DNA from: Bacteroidales bacterium
Lineage (GTDB): Bacteria > Bacteroidota > Bacteroidia > Bacteroidales > UBA7960
Length of the DNA: 60,924 nt
Reading direction: 5' to 3'
Assembly: GCA_041690235.1 (NCBI GenBank)
Contig: JAWLHS010000002.1
Location: 1-60,924 of the forward strand
The notes under the pieces were generated by a model. It was given only the letters and a program-made list of their open reading frames with translations, ran no database searches and had not been told where the DNA came from. Positions within the stretch are counted from its first letter, which is position 1, and each line of letters starts with the position of its first letter. A program made the position numbers and the translations under genes. Shown here piece after piece: positions 8,954-17,872 of this stretch.

Positions 8954-10132
8954 TTACTCCAGCCGGACTTTAAAGTTTTTCAGGCTCAGACCAATAAATA
9001 CAATGCCCATGGCCGAAAGAACAAGGGCCTCCCTCCAAACGGAAAAGAATCCGGAACCTTTAATCATCACGTCTTTAACTGCTGTAATATACCACTTGGC
9101 CGGGATGAGTTGGGAAAGTGTACGCAGGATCCAGGGCATGCTTTCTGTCGGGAACATCATTCCCGAGAGAAATATTACCGGGACCATCAGGGCCATGCCG
9201 GAGATAAGCAAGGCCGATAATTGCTTTTTTACCAGCGATGAAATGAGCAGGCCGAGCGAAAGGGAAACGAAAATAAACAAAAGGGATATCAGGATCAGCA
9301 ACAGCAGGCTTCCCTTTACAGGTACCTCCATGATAAAAACTGAAACCACCAAGATGGTAGATAGGTTGATCAGGGAAAGAATAAAGTAGGGTACGGTCTT
9401 TGCGAGTATGATGGTTAGGGGCTTCACAGGCGAGGCCAGCAACACCTCCATGCTTCCCAGCTCCTTTTCGCGGGTGATGGCAATGGAGGTCATCATGGCG
9501 CAAATCAGCATCAGGACCATTCCCATTACACCGGGAACAAACTGATAGGCGCCCTTCATTCCGGGGTTATAAAGCAGTTTGACTTCCGGTTCTATTCCAG
9601 GGGATATGCCCCGGTCTGCATAAAATTGCCCCAGGTAATCCATGATGATGTTGGTGGCATACTGTACCAGCGTAGTGGCCGCGTTGGGGTCTGAGCCGTC
9701 GACCAGCAATTGTATTTGTGCACTTTCTCCCCGGATCAGGCTTTCATGAAAACCATGACTGAAAACCACCACCATTCCTGCCTGCCCCCGGCGAAATGTT
9801 TTTTCAATTTCTTCCGGTCCCTCAAGCCTTCCGGTCACTGAGAAGTAGTCGTTTGCACGGAGTTTTTCCGTGATGGCCCGTGTGGAAGGGTCTGTGGAGG
9901 GGTCAAGAATGACCAGACTTGTATTTTTTAATTCAGTTGAAATGGCAAATCCGAAAAGCACCAGCATCAGAACGGGCAATCCGAGCAATATGAGCGTTGT
10001 CCATCTGTCGCGAAGAATATGGATCGCCTCTTTCTGAACAAACGCAAAGAAGGGATGGCGGATCCGCCGAGGTGCGCGTGCCGGCCCGGGATGTCTTTTA
10101 CTGGTGAGGTGCTTCAACGGCATGTTCGTCAT
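8954..10132 (-). CDS. ABC-2 type transporter permease (YbhS/YbhR-like)
   Basis: Same topology as the downstream paralog. It follows the two ATPase genes. The start could be 10132 or 10123. Confidence 0.8.
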   Translation of the reverse strand: MTNMPLKHLTSKRHPGPARAPRRIRHPFFAFVQKEAIHILRDRWTTLILLGLPVLMLVLFGFAISTELKNTSLVILDPSTDPSTRAITEKLRANDYFSVTGRLEGPEEIEKTFRRGQAGMVVVFSHGFHESLIRGESAQIQLLVDGSDPNAATTLVQYATNIIMDYLGQFYADRGISPGIEPEVKLLYNPGMKGAYQFVPGVMGMVLMLICAMMTSIAITREKELGSMEVLLASPVKPLTIILAKTVPYFILSLINLSTILVVSVFIMEVPVKGSLLLLILISLLFIFVSLSLGLLISSLVKKQLSALLISGMALMVPVIFLSGMMFPTESMPWILRTLSQLIPAKWYITAVKDVMIKGSGFFSVWREALVLSAMGIVFIGLSLKNFKVRLE

Positions 10133-10179
10133 TTTTTGGGGTGTTTCAGTCCGGGGCGGTCCCTGGATGAGGGTATCGT

Positions 10180-10917
10180 TTATTCCCTTCGAATGGCCCT
10201 TTTTGCCAGCCGGAAAAACACCTCATCCATGGTATTTACGCCAAGATTTTTTTTCAGCTCGATCGGTTTGCCCAGGGCATCGATGCGGCCATCGACCATG
10301 ATGGAAACGCGGTCACAATATTCGGCTTCGTCCATATGATGGGTGGTGACAAATACGGTGATGCCCTCGCCGGCCGCCTGATAAATAAGTTCCCAGAACT
10401 GCCTCCTGGTGGTGGGATCCACTCCGCTGGTCGGCTCATCCAAAAATACGATCCTGGGCTGGTGGAAGATGGCCACCGAAAAACCCAGCTTTTGTTTCCA
10501 TCCAAGGGGAAGTTCCCTTACCAGGGTGTTTTTTTCTGACTCAAACCCCAGATCAGAAAGCAGCTGATCGGTTCTCCGGGAGATCTCCCGCTCCGGGATG
10601 CTGTAAATGCCGCCATAAAGACGGATGTTTTCCCATACTTTCAGGTCCTCATAGAGGGAGAACTTCTGACTCATGTATCCGATGCTCGCCTTAATTTTTT
10701 CATTGTGCTTTCCGATTTCGAAGCCTGCCACCTGTCCTGTTCCCCCTGTGGGTCGGCTTAATCCGCAAAGCATGCGGATTGCCGTGGTTTTTCCAGCCCC
10801 ATTTGCACCCAAAAAGCCAAAGATTTCTCCCTCCCGGACCTCAAAAGAGATTTGATCTACCGCGGTAAAGCGGCCAAACTTTTTGGTGAGGCTTTTCGCC
10901 ACAATGACAGGATTCAT
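10180..10917 (-). CDS. ABC transporter ATP-binding protein
   Basis: Walker A GANGAGKTT and Walker B IVFLDEPTSGVD. Its ATG overlaps the stop of the upstream ATPase gene as ATGA (10914-10917). Confidence 0.92.
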   Translation of the reverse strand: MNPVIVAKSLTKKFGRFTAVDQISFEVREGEIFGFLGANGAGKTTAIRMLCGLSRPTGGTGQVAGFEIGKHNEKIKASIGYMSQKFSLYEDLKVWENIRLYGGIYSIPEREISRRTDQLLSDLGFESEKNTLVRELPLGWKQKLGFSVAIFHQPRIVFLDEPTSGVDPTTRRQFWELIYQAAGEGITVFVTTHHMDEAEYCDRVSIMVDGRIDALGKPIELKKNLGVNTMDEVFFRLAKRAIRRE

Positions 10918-11828
10918 AAGGGGTTTGAAAGTTTCATAAAACAGTCTTCCACACCAGCCTTTATCGGGGCCACATGCTTCACCGTATGTCCTGCAGTCTC
11001 CAGGAAGCTTTTCAGTGTGAACACCGGGTTTTCCTCCTGCTCAAAAAGACGGACATGAACCGTGTCTCCAAATGCAAAGCAGGTGTTGACCCCCGGGTGG
11101 GCGCGAAGGTCTGACAACAGTTTTGGGATGTTGTCAGCCCTTACGGCGATTAGTGGGTCCTTGAAGGAACTGGTTATGGCTTGTGGCGTGTCAACCATCA
11201 GGAAGTTTCCCTGCTGAATCAAACCGATCCGGTCGCAGCGACTCGCTTCATCCATATATGGGGTGGAAATCAGGATGGTCATTCCTCCCTTTTTCAAGTT
11301 AGACAGGGTCTCCCAGAACTCCTGGCGCGATACCGGGTCCACCCCGGTTGTCGGTTCGTCAAGGAAAAGCACCAGGGGCTTGTGAATCAACGCACAGCAA
11401 AGGGCGAGCTTTTGTTTCATTCCGCCCGACAGGGCGCCGGCACGCCTGGTTTTAAATGGCTCAAGGTGGCTGTAAATGTCCTTGATTAAATGGAGGTTTT
11501 GCTGAATGCTGGTGTTGAATACGGAAGCGAATACCTTTAAATTCTCCTCGACAGTCAGGTCCAGGTACAGAGAAAAGCGGCCCGGCATATACCCGATCAT
11601 GGTCCGGATTTTTCGGTAATCCCTGACCACGTCAAACCCATTGACCGTTGCCCTGCCACTGTCGGGAAGCATCAGTGTGGTGAGGATCCGGAACAGGGTG
11701 GTTTTTCCTGCCCCATCCGGACCGATAATGCCGAAGGTTTCGCCCTTTTGCACCCCGAAGCTCAGCTCCCTGATGGCCACAAGCTTTTTTATGTGCTTGC
11801 CAATTTTTTCTCCAACCACCATTGTCAT
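10914..11828 (-). CDS. ABC transporter ATP-binding protein
   Basis: Walker A GPDGAGKTT, signature LSGGMKQK and Walker B VLFLDEPTTGVD. It has an ATGA overlap with the HlyD gene at 11825-11828. Confidence 0.92.
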   Translation of the reverse strand: MTMVVGEKIGKHIKKLVAIRELSFGVQKGETFGIIGPDGAGKTTLFRILTTLMLPDSGRATVNGFDVVRDYRKIRTMIGYMPGRFSLYLDLTVEENLKVFASVFNTSIQQNLHLIKDIYSHLEPFKTRRAGALSGGMKQKLALCCALIHKPLVLFLDEPTTGVDPVSRQEFWETLSNLKKGGMTILISTPYMDEASRCDRIGLIQQGNFLMVDTPQAITSSFKDPLIAVRADNIPKLLSDLRAHPGVNTCFAFGDTVHVRLFEQEENPVFTLKSFLETAGHTVKHVAPIKAGVEDCFMKLSNPL

Positions 11829-12784
11829 TCCTCAATGAATTGCAGTCCGCCATAAAGGCCGATTCTTAATTGGCCGTCGTTTTTCACATTCACTTTGATG
11901 GCATATACCAGGTTTGCTCTTTCATCGCGGGTCTGGATTGTTTTGGGGGTAAACTCGGATGTTTCAGAGATCCAACTCAGCTGCCCCGGGTATGCCCGGG
12001 TTCCTGATTTCCCCATGTCTGCATGAACCGTGACCCGCTGCCCGATGCTTATCCGGCTCAGCTGGTCTGCGGTAAGATAGGCGCGGAACACCATGGTTTC
12101 CATGTCGGCAATCTTTATCAGGGGTTTGCCCGGGCTCACCTGTTCACCTTGTTCCGCATATTTTACCAGAACGGTTCCGCTCACCGGACTGACCAGGAGG
12201 CACTTTTTTAACTGGTCATCGGTCTGCTCCAGTTGCATTTTCAGGGAAGCCACCTCCCTGGCAAGACTCATGTTGGTGCTTCCCAAAGAAGCGCTTTGGG
12301 CATGAAGTTGCGTTTCCAAAAGGGCGATTTGGGCATTGATGTCATCGACCTGTTTTTGGGTGGCTGCGTTGGCAAGCAGCAGATTTTCGAAGCGCTCCTT
12401 TTCTCTTCGTGCGGTGGCAATTTGCTGATGAAGGGGAGCAAGTTGCGTGGGGATATCCAGCCGCCGGCTCTCAAGGGCCAGAATGGCAGATTGAATCTGC
12501 ATTTTCTTTAGGAACGCCTGGGTGCTGTCCACGGTGCCAAAATACTGGCCTGCCTCCAGTTTTTCTCCTTCCAAGACCGGAAAATCTATCAGTCTGCCGC
12601 TGGATTCCGAAGAAATGATCATCTCGGTGGCCTCAAAGCTCCCATGGGCTTCGTGCTGGTCTGCCGATCCACGACATGAATAAAGGATAAGCGGGCTTAT
12701 CAATAGAAACCACAACGCCCGCCTGATGGCAGGAGTACAATTTACGGAGTCAGTGGGTTTGATTGTTTTTCTAAATGGGCTCAT
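11825..12784 (-). CDS. HlyD-family periplasmic adaptor (membrane fusion protein)
   Basis: An N-terminal anchor, a central coiled-coil hairpin (QIALLETQLHAQSASL...) and a C-terminal beta-barrel, positioned between the TolC and ABC ATPase genes. Confidence 0.85.
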   Translation of the reverse strand: MSPFRKTIKPTDSVNCTPAIRRALWFLLISPLILYSCRGSADQHEAHGSFEATEMIISSESSGRLIDFPVLEGEKLEAGQYFGTVDSTQAFLKKMQIQSAILALESRRLDIPTQLAPLHQQIATARREKERFENLLLANAATQKQVDDINAQIALLETQLHAQSASLGSTNMSLAREVASLKMQLEQTDDQLKKCLLVSPVSGTVLVKYAEQGEQVSPGKPLIKIADMETMVFRAYLTADQLSRISIGQRVTVHADMGKSGTRAYPGQLSWISETSEFTPKTIQTRDERANLVYAIKVNVKNDGQLRIGLYGGLQFIEE

Positions 12785-12817
12785 GGGTTCAGACGTTTTG
12801 CAGCGGTTCGTATGAGA

Positions 12818-14128
12818 CTAATTGGCGCTTAATATGCTTTTTAACTGGGAAATGGCCAGCAGGAGTTGGATCTCATGGATGGCCATGTTTTGCCTGGCCT
12901 GGGACTCGGCATTGATCTCCCGGACCAGATCGCTGGCCGTGATGGTGCCATTCTCCAGTTTTTTCTCCGCCGCCCTTTTCAGGTCGCCCCTGAGCCGGAT
13001 TATTTCATTATCGGCTTCGATCAACTGGCTGATCCGGTCAATTTCTCCCCTGGCCTGGATGACGGATAAATTGAGGTTGAATAAAAAAGCTTGCTTTATT
13101 ATTTCGAGGGACTGTTGGTCGATGGCGAGCAATGACAATTCATTTTTTCTTGTGTACAGGGGGCCCAGGTTCCAGGCCAGGCGGATGCCGCCAATAAAAA
13201 ACGGGGAAAATTCATTTTTAAGCATGTTCAGCCCGGGCTTGCCGTAACCACCCTGCACAAACAGGCCCAGTTTCGGGAGCGATTCTGCAGTTACCGCCCT
13301 TTCCCTGTGGCTGAGCAGGCGGTCTTGGGCCTCAAAAAGGCGAAGTTCCGGACGGTTTATCCCGCTTCGGGAAAATTCCGGTTCCAGCTGAGGCTCTTCC
13401 AGAACCTCTTCCCGGGAGATAGGTTCTCCTATAAAGGCGGATAGCATTTCCCTGTAGGCCCGGTTGGCGGCCAACAAATCCGTTTCTTTTTGATGAAGGC
13501 CAAATTGCTCCACCAGGATGGCGTCCAAATCGGTTTGGTCGGCCAATCCCTGGCTTATAAATTCACGGATGCGTGTTTCATTTGCCCTGAGATCCGATTC
13601 GTGGAGTTCCAGTTGCCCAAGCTGCCTGTCCGACAACAATATCCCAAAAAACAAATGCTCTACCCTGGATTTCAATGCATACAATTCCACTTCAAGGGCT
13701 CTTTCTTCAACCTCGGCTGTCATCTCCCTGACCTGAAGCTTCGAATGGATCAACCCCCCATCCCAAATGACCTGGTCGATCCCGGCAACCAACTGGTATT
13801 GATCTTTTGACAATCCCTCGTAAGGGACGGAAGGAAGCTGAAATGGCCATTCGGTTACATCGGACTGATAGGAAGCTTTTGCGGAAAGCGACACCTGGGG
13901 CAGGTATCCTTTTTTGGCGCTTGACTGGTTCAATGCGGCCGTTCGTTCTATGAGTCCGTATTGTTTGACCAGGGGATAATTGGCCCTTGCTTTTTCCTGG
14001 CAGTATTCAAGGCCAAGTTGTCCATACCCGGGGGAGGAGGAAAACATGGAACAGCCGATCAGTAAAACAATGATTCGTTTCATGGGCTTCTGGTTTATTG
14101 ATGTTGACTCATCTTGTTTTTCCGGCAA
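12818..14128 (-). CDS. TolC-family outer membrane efflux protein
   Basis: A signal peptide (MKRIIVLLIGCSMFSS) and two repeated helix/strand halves typical of OEP/TolC. The real start is probably the ATG at 14083 rather than 14128. Confidence 0.85.
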   Translation of the reverse strand: MPEKQDESTSINQKPMKRIIVLLIGCSMFSSSPGYGQLGLEYCQEKARANYPLVKQYGLIERTAALNQSSAKKGYLPQVSLSAKASYQSDVTEWPFQLPSVPYEGLSKDQYQLVAGIDQVIWDGGLIHSKLQVREMTAEVEERALEVELYALKSRVEHLFFGILLSDRQLGQLELHESDLRANETRIREFISQGLADQTDLDAILVEQFGLHQKETDLLAANRAYREMLSAFIGEPISREEVLEEPQLEPEFSRSGINRPELRLFEAQDRLLSHRERAVTAESLPKLGLFVQGGYGKPGLNMLKNEFSPFFIGGIRLAWNLGPLYTRKNELSLLAIDQQSLEIIKQAFLFNLNLSVIQARGEIDRISQLIEADNEIIRLRGDLKRAAEKKLENGTITASDLVREINAESQARQNMAIHEIQLLLAISQLKSILSAN

Positions 14129-14140
14129 AAAAACGGTGGT

Positions 14141-14764
14141 TCAGAGATTTAGGCTCCCGAGAATGATTCTGGTGTTTTCCCTTTTTCTAAATTCCAGCCA
14201 GTGGTTGTAATCTTCTTCTGTGATTACCCCCAGCCCGTCCAGCATTGGCCGGGCAAGAAAAACCACTACATTGAGTGAAACCATGGTGATGGCCAAATCC
14301 ATCACCGACAACGGCCGTATCCTTCCCTGGCCTGCCTCTTGTTGTAATTCCTTGTCCAGCACTTCGAATACCTGTACCGGCAATTCACCCAGTTTTTCTT
14401 TGAGTGTGCGGAGCCGTCCTGGATTGGTGGTAAACTCATTGAGCAATAAAAACGGGAGTTTCGGGTTGGCTTTCAGTATGTCAAAATGGGTTTCGATTTT
14501 TCTTTTGAGCTTTTCTCTAAACGGAATGTCTGAATCATCAATTTTGAGCAGTGCCGAAAAAAACAATTTGGCTTTTTTTTCAAAAATGGCTTCAAATAAT
14601 TTTTCCTTGGTCCGGAAATAATAATGGACCAGGGCTTGGTTACAGCCTGCGTTTTTGGCGATCTCTGTTGTGGATGTAAGGGCATATCCTTTTTCCAGAA
14701 ACAGGGCTTCGGCAGTTTTCAGGATGGTTTGTTCAAATGAGGGCCCAGCTGCTTGATTTGTCAC
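14141..14764 (-). CDS. TetR/AcrR family transcriptional regulator
   Basis: N-terminal HTH TSTTEIAKNAGCNQALVHYYFRTKEKLF. It is the first gene of the efflux operon. Confidence 0.9.
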   Translation of the reverse strand: MTNQAAGPSFEQTILKTAEALFLEKGYALTSTTEIAKNAGCNQALVHYYFRTKEKLFEAIFEKKAKLFFSALLKIDDSDIPFREKLKRKIETHFDILKANPKLPFLLLNEFTTNPGRLRTLKEKLGELPVQVFEVLDKELQQEAGQGRIRPLSVMDLAITMVSLNVVVFLARPMLDGLGVITEEDYNHWLEFRKRENTRIILGSLNL

Positions 14765-14977
14765 TGACTGTTAGGTTTAATCATATTATTTAATAAAGCT
14801 ATTAATTTGCGAATGTAATCATTTATTTATTTCGAGCAAATTTTTTCCGTTTATTCATGGCATTTCCCGTGGGGGCCCGACATGAGTCAAATTGGGATTT
14901 TGAAAAAAGTATGCGTAAATTGGCCGTTCTATTGCATTGTCGTTTTCTTGTATTGGCTGTTCAAATAATTCTGACCA

Positions 14978-16099
14978 ATGGACTGTTTCCTCGAAGAGGT
15001 TACCTCCCCCAGGGCGCTTAAAGAGTTCGTCCGGTTCCCAGACACACTATACAAAGGGTGTCGGTATTACGTCCCCGCCCTGCATCAAAATCAACTGACC
15101 ACCCTATCCGACGATAAAAACCCTGCTTTTGAACACTGTGAGGCCAGATACTGGTTGGTGCTTGCGGAAGGCAAGGTTGTTGGCCGCATTGCCGGAATTA
15201 TCAATCACCGGTACAACAAGGAGCGGGGTGTAAAATACATTCGTTTTGGCTGGCTTGACTTCGTTGAGGACAAGGATGTTTTCAACCATCTGATGAAGGC
15301 TGTCGAGGATTGGGGAAGGGAGGCAGGAATGGAATACCTCCATGGACCATTGGGATTCACTTCCTTTGATGCCAGTGGGGTCCTCGTGGAAGGATTTGAG
15401 GAATGGCCCACTTCTTTTGGCCGGTATAATTATCCCTACTATGACACTTTCCTGCATGCGTCCGGATATCAAAAAGACGTGGATTGGATCGAGTTCAATA
15501 TTCGGGTGCCGGAACAAATGCCACAGAAGGTTTTGGCTGCTGCCGAGCTGATCAGAAGGCGGTATGCCGTCCGGAATGCACCCCTGAACAATAAAGGAGA
15601 TCTGAAAGCTTATGCCGGAGAAGTATTTTCCCTGCTGAATGTTGTTTATCGCAATCTGTATGGCTTTTCCACATTAAACCAGCAACAGATTGAAAACCTG
15701 ACCGGGGAGTTTCTATCCATGATACATCCCGATTATGTATCGGTGGTCCTGAACGAACAAGACGAACTGGTCGCATTCGGACTGGTCATGCCATCGCTGA
15801 CCAGGGCCCTGAAAGCAGCTGGCGGACGTTTGTTTCCCTTTGGCTTTCTGAGAATATTGTGGGCCTTGCGTTTTAATGATTCGGTCGATATGTTGCTGAT
15901 CGGGGTGAAGCCCGAATACCAGAATAAGGGCATCCACGCCCTGATTTTTGAGAAGATTGGCAAAACATTTTTTCAAAAAGGCATCAAAAGCATTGAAACC
16001 ACCCGTGAGCTGGAGGAGAACAATAAGGTAAAGCAATTGTGGATTGGTTACGAGCCGCGGCAACACAAACGCTCGCGCTGCTACATCAAAAAATTATAA
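14978..16099 (+). CDS. GNAT-fold N-acetyltransferase-like protein, specific function unknown
   Basis: 373 aa. The C-terminal LLIGVKPEYQNKGIHALIF fits the acetyl-CoA binding motif A (Q/R-x-x-G-x-G/A). The N-terminal half resembles a widespread uncharacterised Bacteroidota/Firmicutes family. Confidence 0.6.
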   Translation: MDCFLEEVTSPRALKEFVRFPDTLYKGCRYYVPALHQNQLTTLSDDKNPAFEHCEARYWLVLAEGKVVGRIAGIINHRYNKERGVKYIRFGWLDFVEDKDVFNHLMKAVEDWGREAGMEYLHGPLGFTSFDASGVLVEGFEEWPTSFGRYNYPYYDTFLHASGYQKDVDWIEFNIRVPEQMPQKVLAAAELIRRRYAVRNAPLNNKGDLKAYAGEVFSLLNVVYRNLYGFSTLNQQQIENLTGEFLSMIHPDYVSVVLNEQDELVAFGLVMPSLTRALKAAGGRLFPFGFLRILWALRFNDSVDMLLIGVKPEYQNKGIHALIFEKIGKTFFQKGIKSIETTRELEENNKVKQLWIGYEPRQHKRSRCYIKKL

Positions 16100-16390
16100 G
16101 GCCGGAGAATAGGTTGACTGATTTTTTCTGAGGGCTTCTGCGAATCGCAACAAAAAGGGAGGAATTTGCCCCCGGATGCTTGGCATGCTGCGTCCAAATT
16201 GTTATATTTGCACATAACCCTCTTGTAATCGCTTATTTCATTTCTGAGATTGCCGGCCTTTTTTATAAGCAGCCTTTGAAGTTGGATGGTTTGCACAAAC
16301 CAAGGAGGGAAGCCGTCAAGTAATTGAAAAATAGAGAGTTAGACAAATTCCAATTGTAAATCATTTCATTTTATATTAAAACGAACGCAT

Positions 16391-16756
16391 ATGTCAAATT
16401 ATCACGAACCAGTAGAAGAATTATCACAGGAGGCACGCAATTTTTCACGCGCGCTCAACAGCCTGAAAGAAGAAATTGAAGCGGTCGACTGGTACCACCA
16501 GCGGGTGGTAACATGCAAGGACCAGGAACTGGCCGGAATAATGGCACACAATCGTGATGAGGAAATTGAGCATGCCTGCATGACGTTGGAATGGCTGAGA
16601 AGAAACATGCCAGGCTGGGATGAGGAACTTCGCAACTATTTATTTAAGGAAGGCAGCATTGCCGGACATGAAGAGGCTGCCAACGAAGGCGAAAAAGATA
16701 GCGCCGGTTCAACCTCTCCAGGCTCCGACTCTCTGGGCCTGGGAAAGCTGAAGTAA
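16391..16756 (+). CDS. Encapsulated ferritin (EncFtn / ferritin-like cargo protein)
   Basis: HEPVEELSQEARNF...LKEEIEAVDWYHQRV...MAHNRDEEIEHACMTLEWLRR closely resembles characterised EncFtn, including the EExxH metal-site motif. A flexible Gly/Ser/Glu tail ends in a targeting peptide. Confidence 0.9.
   Translation: MSNYHEPVEELSQEARNFSRALNSLKEEIEAVDWYHQRVVTCKDQELAGIMAHNRDEEIEHACMTLEWLRRNMPGWDEELRNYLFKEGSIAGHEEAANEGEKDSAGSTSPGSDSLGLGKLK
16721..16753 (+). other. Encapsulin cargo-loading (targeting) peptide at the EncFtn C-terminus
   Basis: The last 11 residues, GSDSLGLGKLK, fit the family-1 targeting-peptide consensus (SLGIGSLK-like) and follow a disordered linker. Confidence 0.75.
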
Positions 16757-16843
16757 ACACTTTCACTTTTGTCTGATCTCCCGGTGTTTCAACCGGTGAT
16801 ACAAATCATGGGTTTAAAAACGAACGAAAAATAAAAAATTTGT

Positions 16844-17635
16844 ATGGATATTCTTAGAAAATCACTGGCCCCGATCTCAAATGAGGCGTGGAAAGAAATT
16901 AATGAAACAGCCGTTGACGTGCTGTCTTCGGTGTTGTCAGCAAGGAAGTTTGTCGATGTTGATGGGCCCAAGGGATGGGATTTTGCCGCCCTTCCCACCG
17001 GGCGTATACAGGTGCCTGCTTCCCAGAAAGGCTCTCTGAAGTATGGAATTCACCAGGTGCTGCCATTGGTGGAAGCCCGGATTCCTTTTGAACTGGATAT
17101 ATGGGAACTTGACAATGTGGCCCGTGGCGCAGAAGATATTGACCTGGGAGCCATGGAGGATGCCGCAAGAAAAATTGCCCAATTTGAGGAGAGCGCCATT
17201 TATGAGGGGTTTAAGCCTGGGGGTATTGTGGGGCTCAAGGGCAGTTCCGAACATGAAGCCATTGCCTTTCCCGAATCGACAGAAGACATTATGGGAGCCA
17301 TCTCCCTGGGTCTTTCAAAACTTAAGGCTGCCTCCATTGAGGGACCGTATTCCCTGGTCCTTAATACAGAAAAATGGCAGAAGGTGAACGCTCATGTAAG
17401 GGGATACCCCTTGCGCAAACAAATTGAGGGCTTGTTGGGCGGTTCCATTATTATGGCCCCTTACATAAAAGATGCCTACCTGGTGTCAGAACGCGGCGGC
17501 GATTTCAAAATGGTGATAGGCCAGGATCTTTCCATTGGCTATGAATCTCACAGCAGCAAAAAGGTCCAGTTATACTTCACCGAGTCATTTACGTTCCAGG
17601 TGATCGATCCGGCCACCGTGGTGGTTTTAAAATAA
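16844..17635 (+). CDS. Family 1 encapsulin nanocompartment shell protein (HK97 fold, linocin M18-like)
   Basis: 263 aa, alignable by eye along its whole length with Thermotoga maritima encapsulin (MDILRKSLAPISNEAWKEI.., KFVDVDGPKGWDF, LDIWELDNVARG, VSERGGDFKMVIGQDLSIGYE, FTESFTFQVIDP). Confidence 0.93.
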   Translation: MDILRKSLAPISNEAWKEINETAVDVLSSVLSARKFVDVDGPKGWDFAALPTGRIQVPASQKGSLKYGIHQVLPLVEARIPFELDIWELDNVARGAEDIDLGAMEDAARKIAQFEESAIYEGFKPGGIVGLKGSSEHEAIAFPESTEDIMGAISLGLSKLKAASIEGPYSLVLNTEKWQKVNAHVRGYPLRKQIEGLLGGSIIMAPYIKDAYLVSERGGDFKMVIGQDLSIGYESHSSKKVQLYFTESFTFQVIDPATVVVLK

Positions 17636-17672
17636 GCCGGCAGGCCATGGAAACACATGGCCTTGGGAATAG

Positions 17673-17712
17673 AACAAGGGTGGTCCGGCGGACCGCCCTT
17701 GTTTGTTTAAAG
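17673..17712 (+). terminator. Probable intrinsic terminator of the EncFtn-encapsulin operon
   Basis: aacaagggtgg/ccgcccttgtt forms an 11-bp stem with one G-U pair around a short GC loop. It is followed by tgtttgtttaaag and starts 38 nt after the encapsulin stop. Confidence 0.65.
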
Positions 17713-17769
17713 TAGATGGAATGCCGGGCGGTTTTTTTATTGGCATACGCGCCCCGAATCTTTCCCGGC

Positions 17770-17826
17770 GGCATGGATGGGGCCGATTCGGGCAGCATGG
17801 ATGGGGCCGATTCGGGCGGCATGGAC
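17770..17826. repeat. 24-bp tandem repeat, about 2.3 copies, in a convergent intergenic region
   Basis: The 23-nt core gcatggatggggccgattcgggc is identical at 17771-17793 and 17795-17817. A partial third copy gcatgga lies at 17819-17825. Confidence 0.9.
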
Positions 17827-17872
17827 GAAGCTTATGCGGACGTTCTTCAGCGACCGGGCGTTCGTGTTCGAA

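Noticed and set aside
16203-16210. TATATTTG (-7-like promoter element) about 180 nt upstream of the EncFtn start
   Set aside because: No properly spaced -33 TTTG is present: the nearest, at 16165-16168, is 34 nt away. The implied 5' UTR would be unusually long. It remains a hypothesis only and is not listed as a feature.
16355-16373. tgtaaatcatttcatttta upstream of the EncFtn gene as a possible Fur box
   Set aside because: It bears only a loose resemblance to the enterobacterial GATAATGATAATCATTATC consensus and is not palindromic. The region is AT-rich, so a chance match is likely.
17770-17826. Possible miniature CRISPR array
   Set aside because: The repeats are directly abutting with no spacers, there are only about 2.3 copies, and there are no cas genes in the window.
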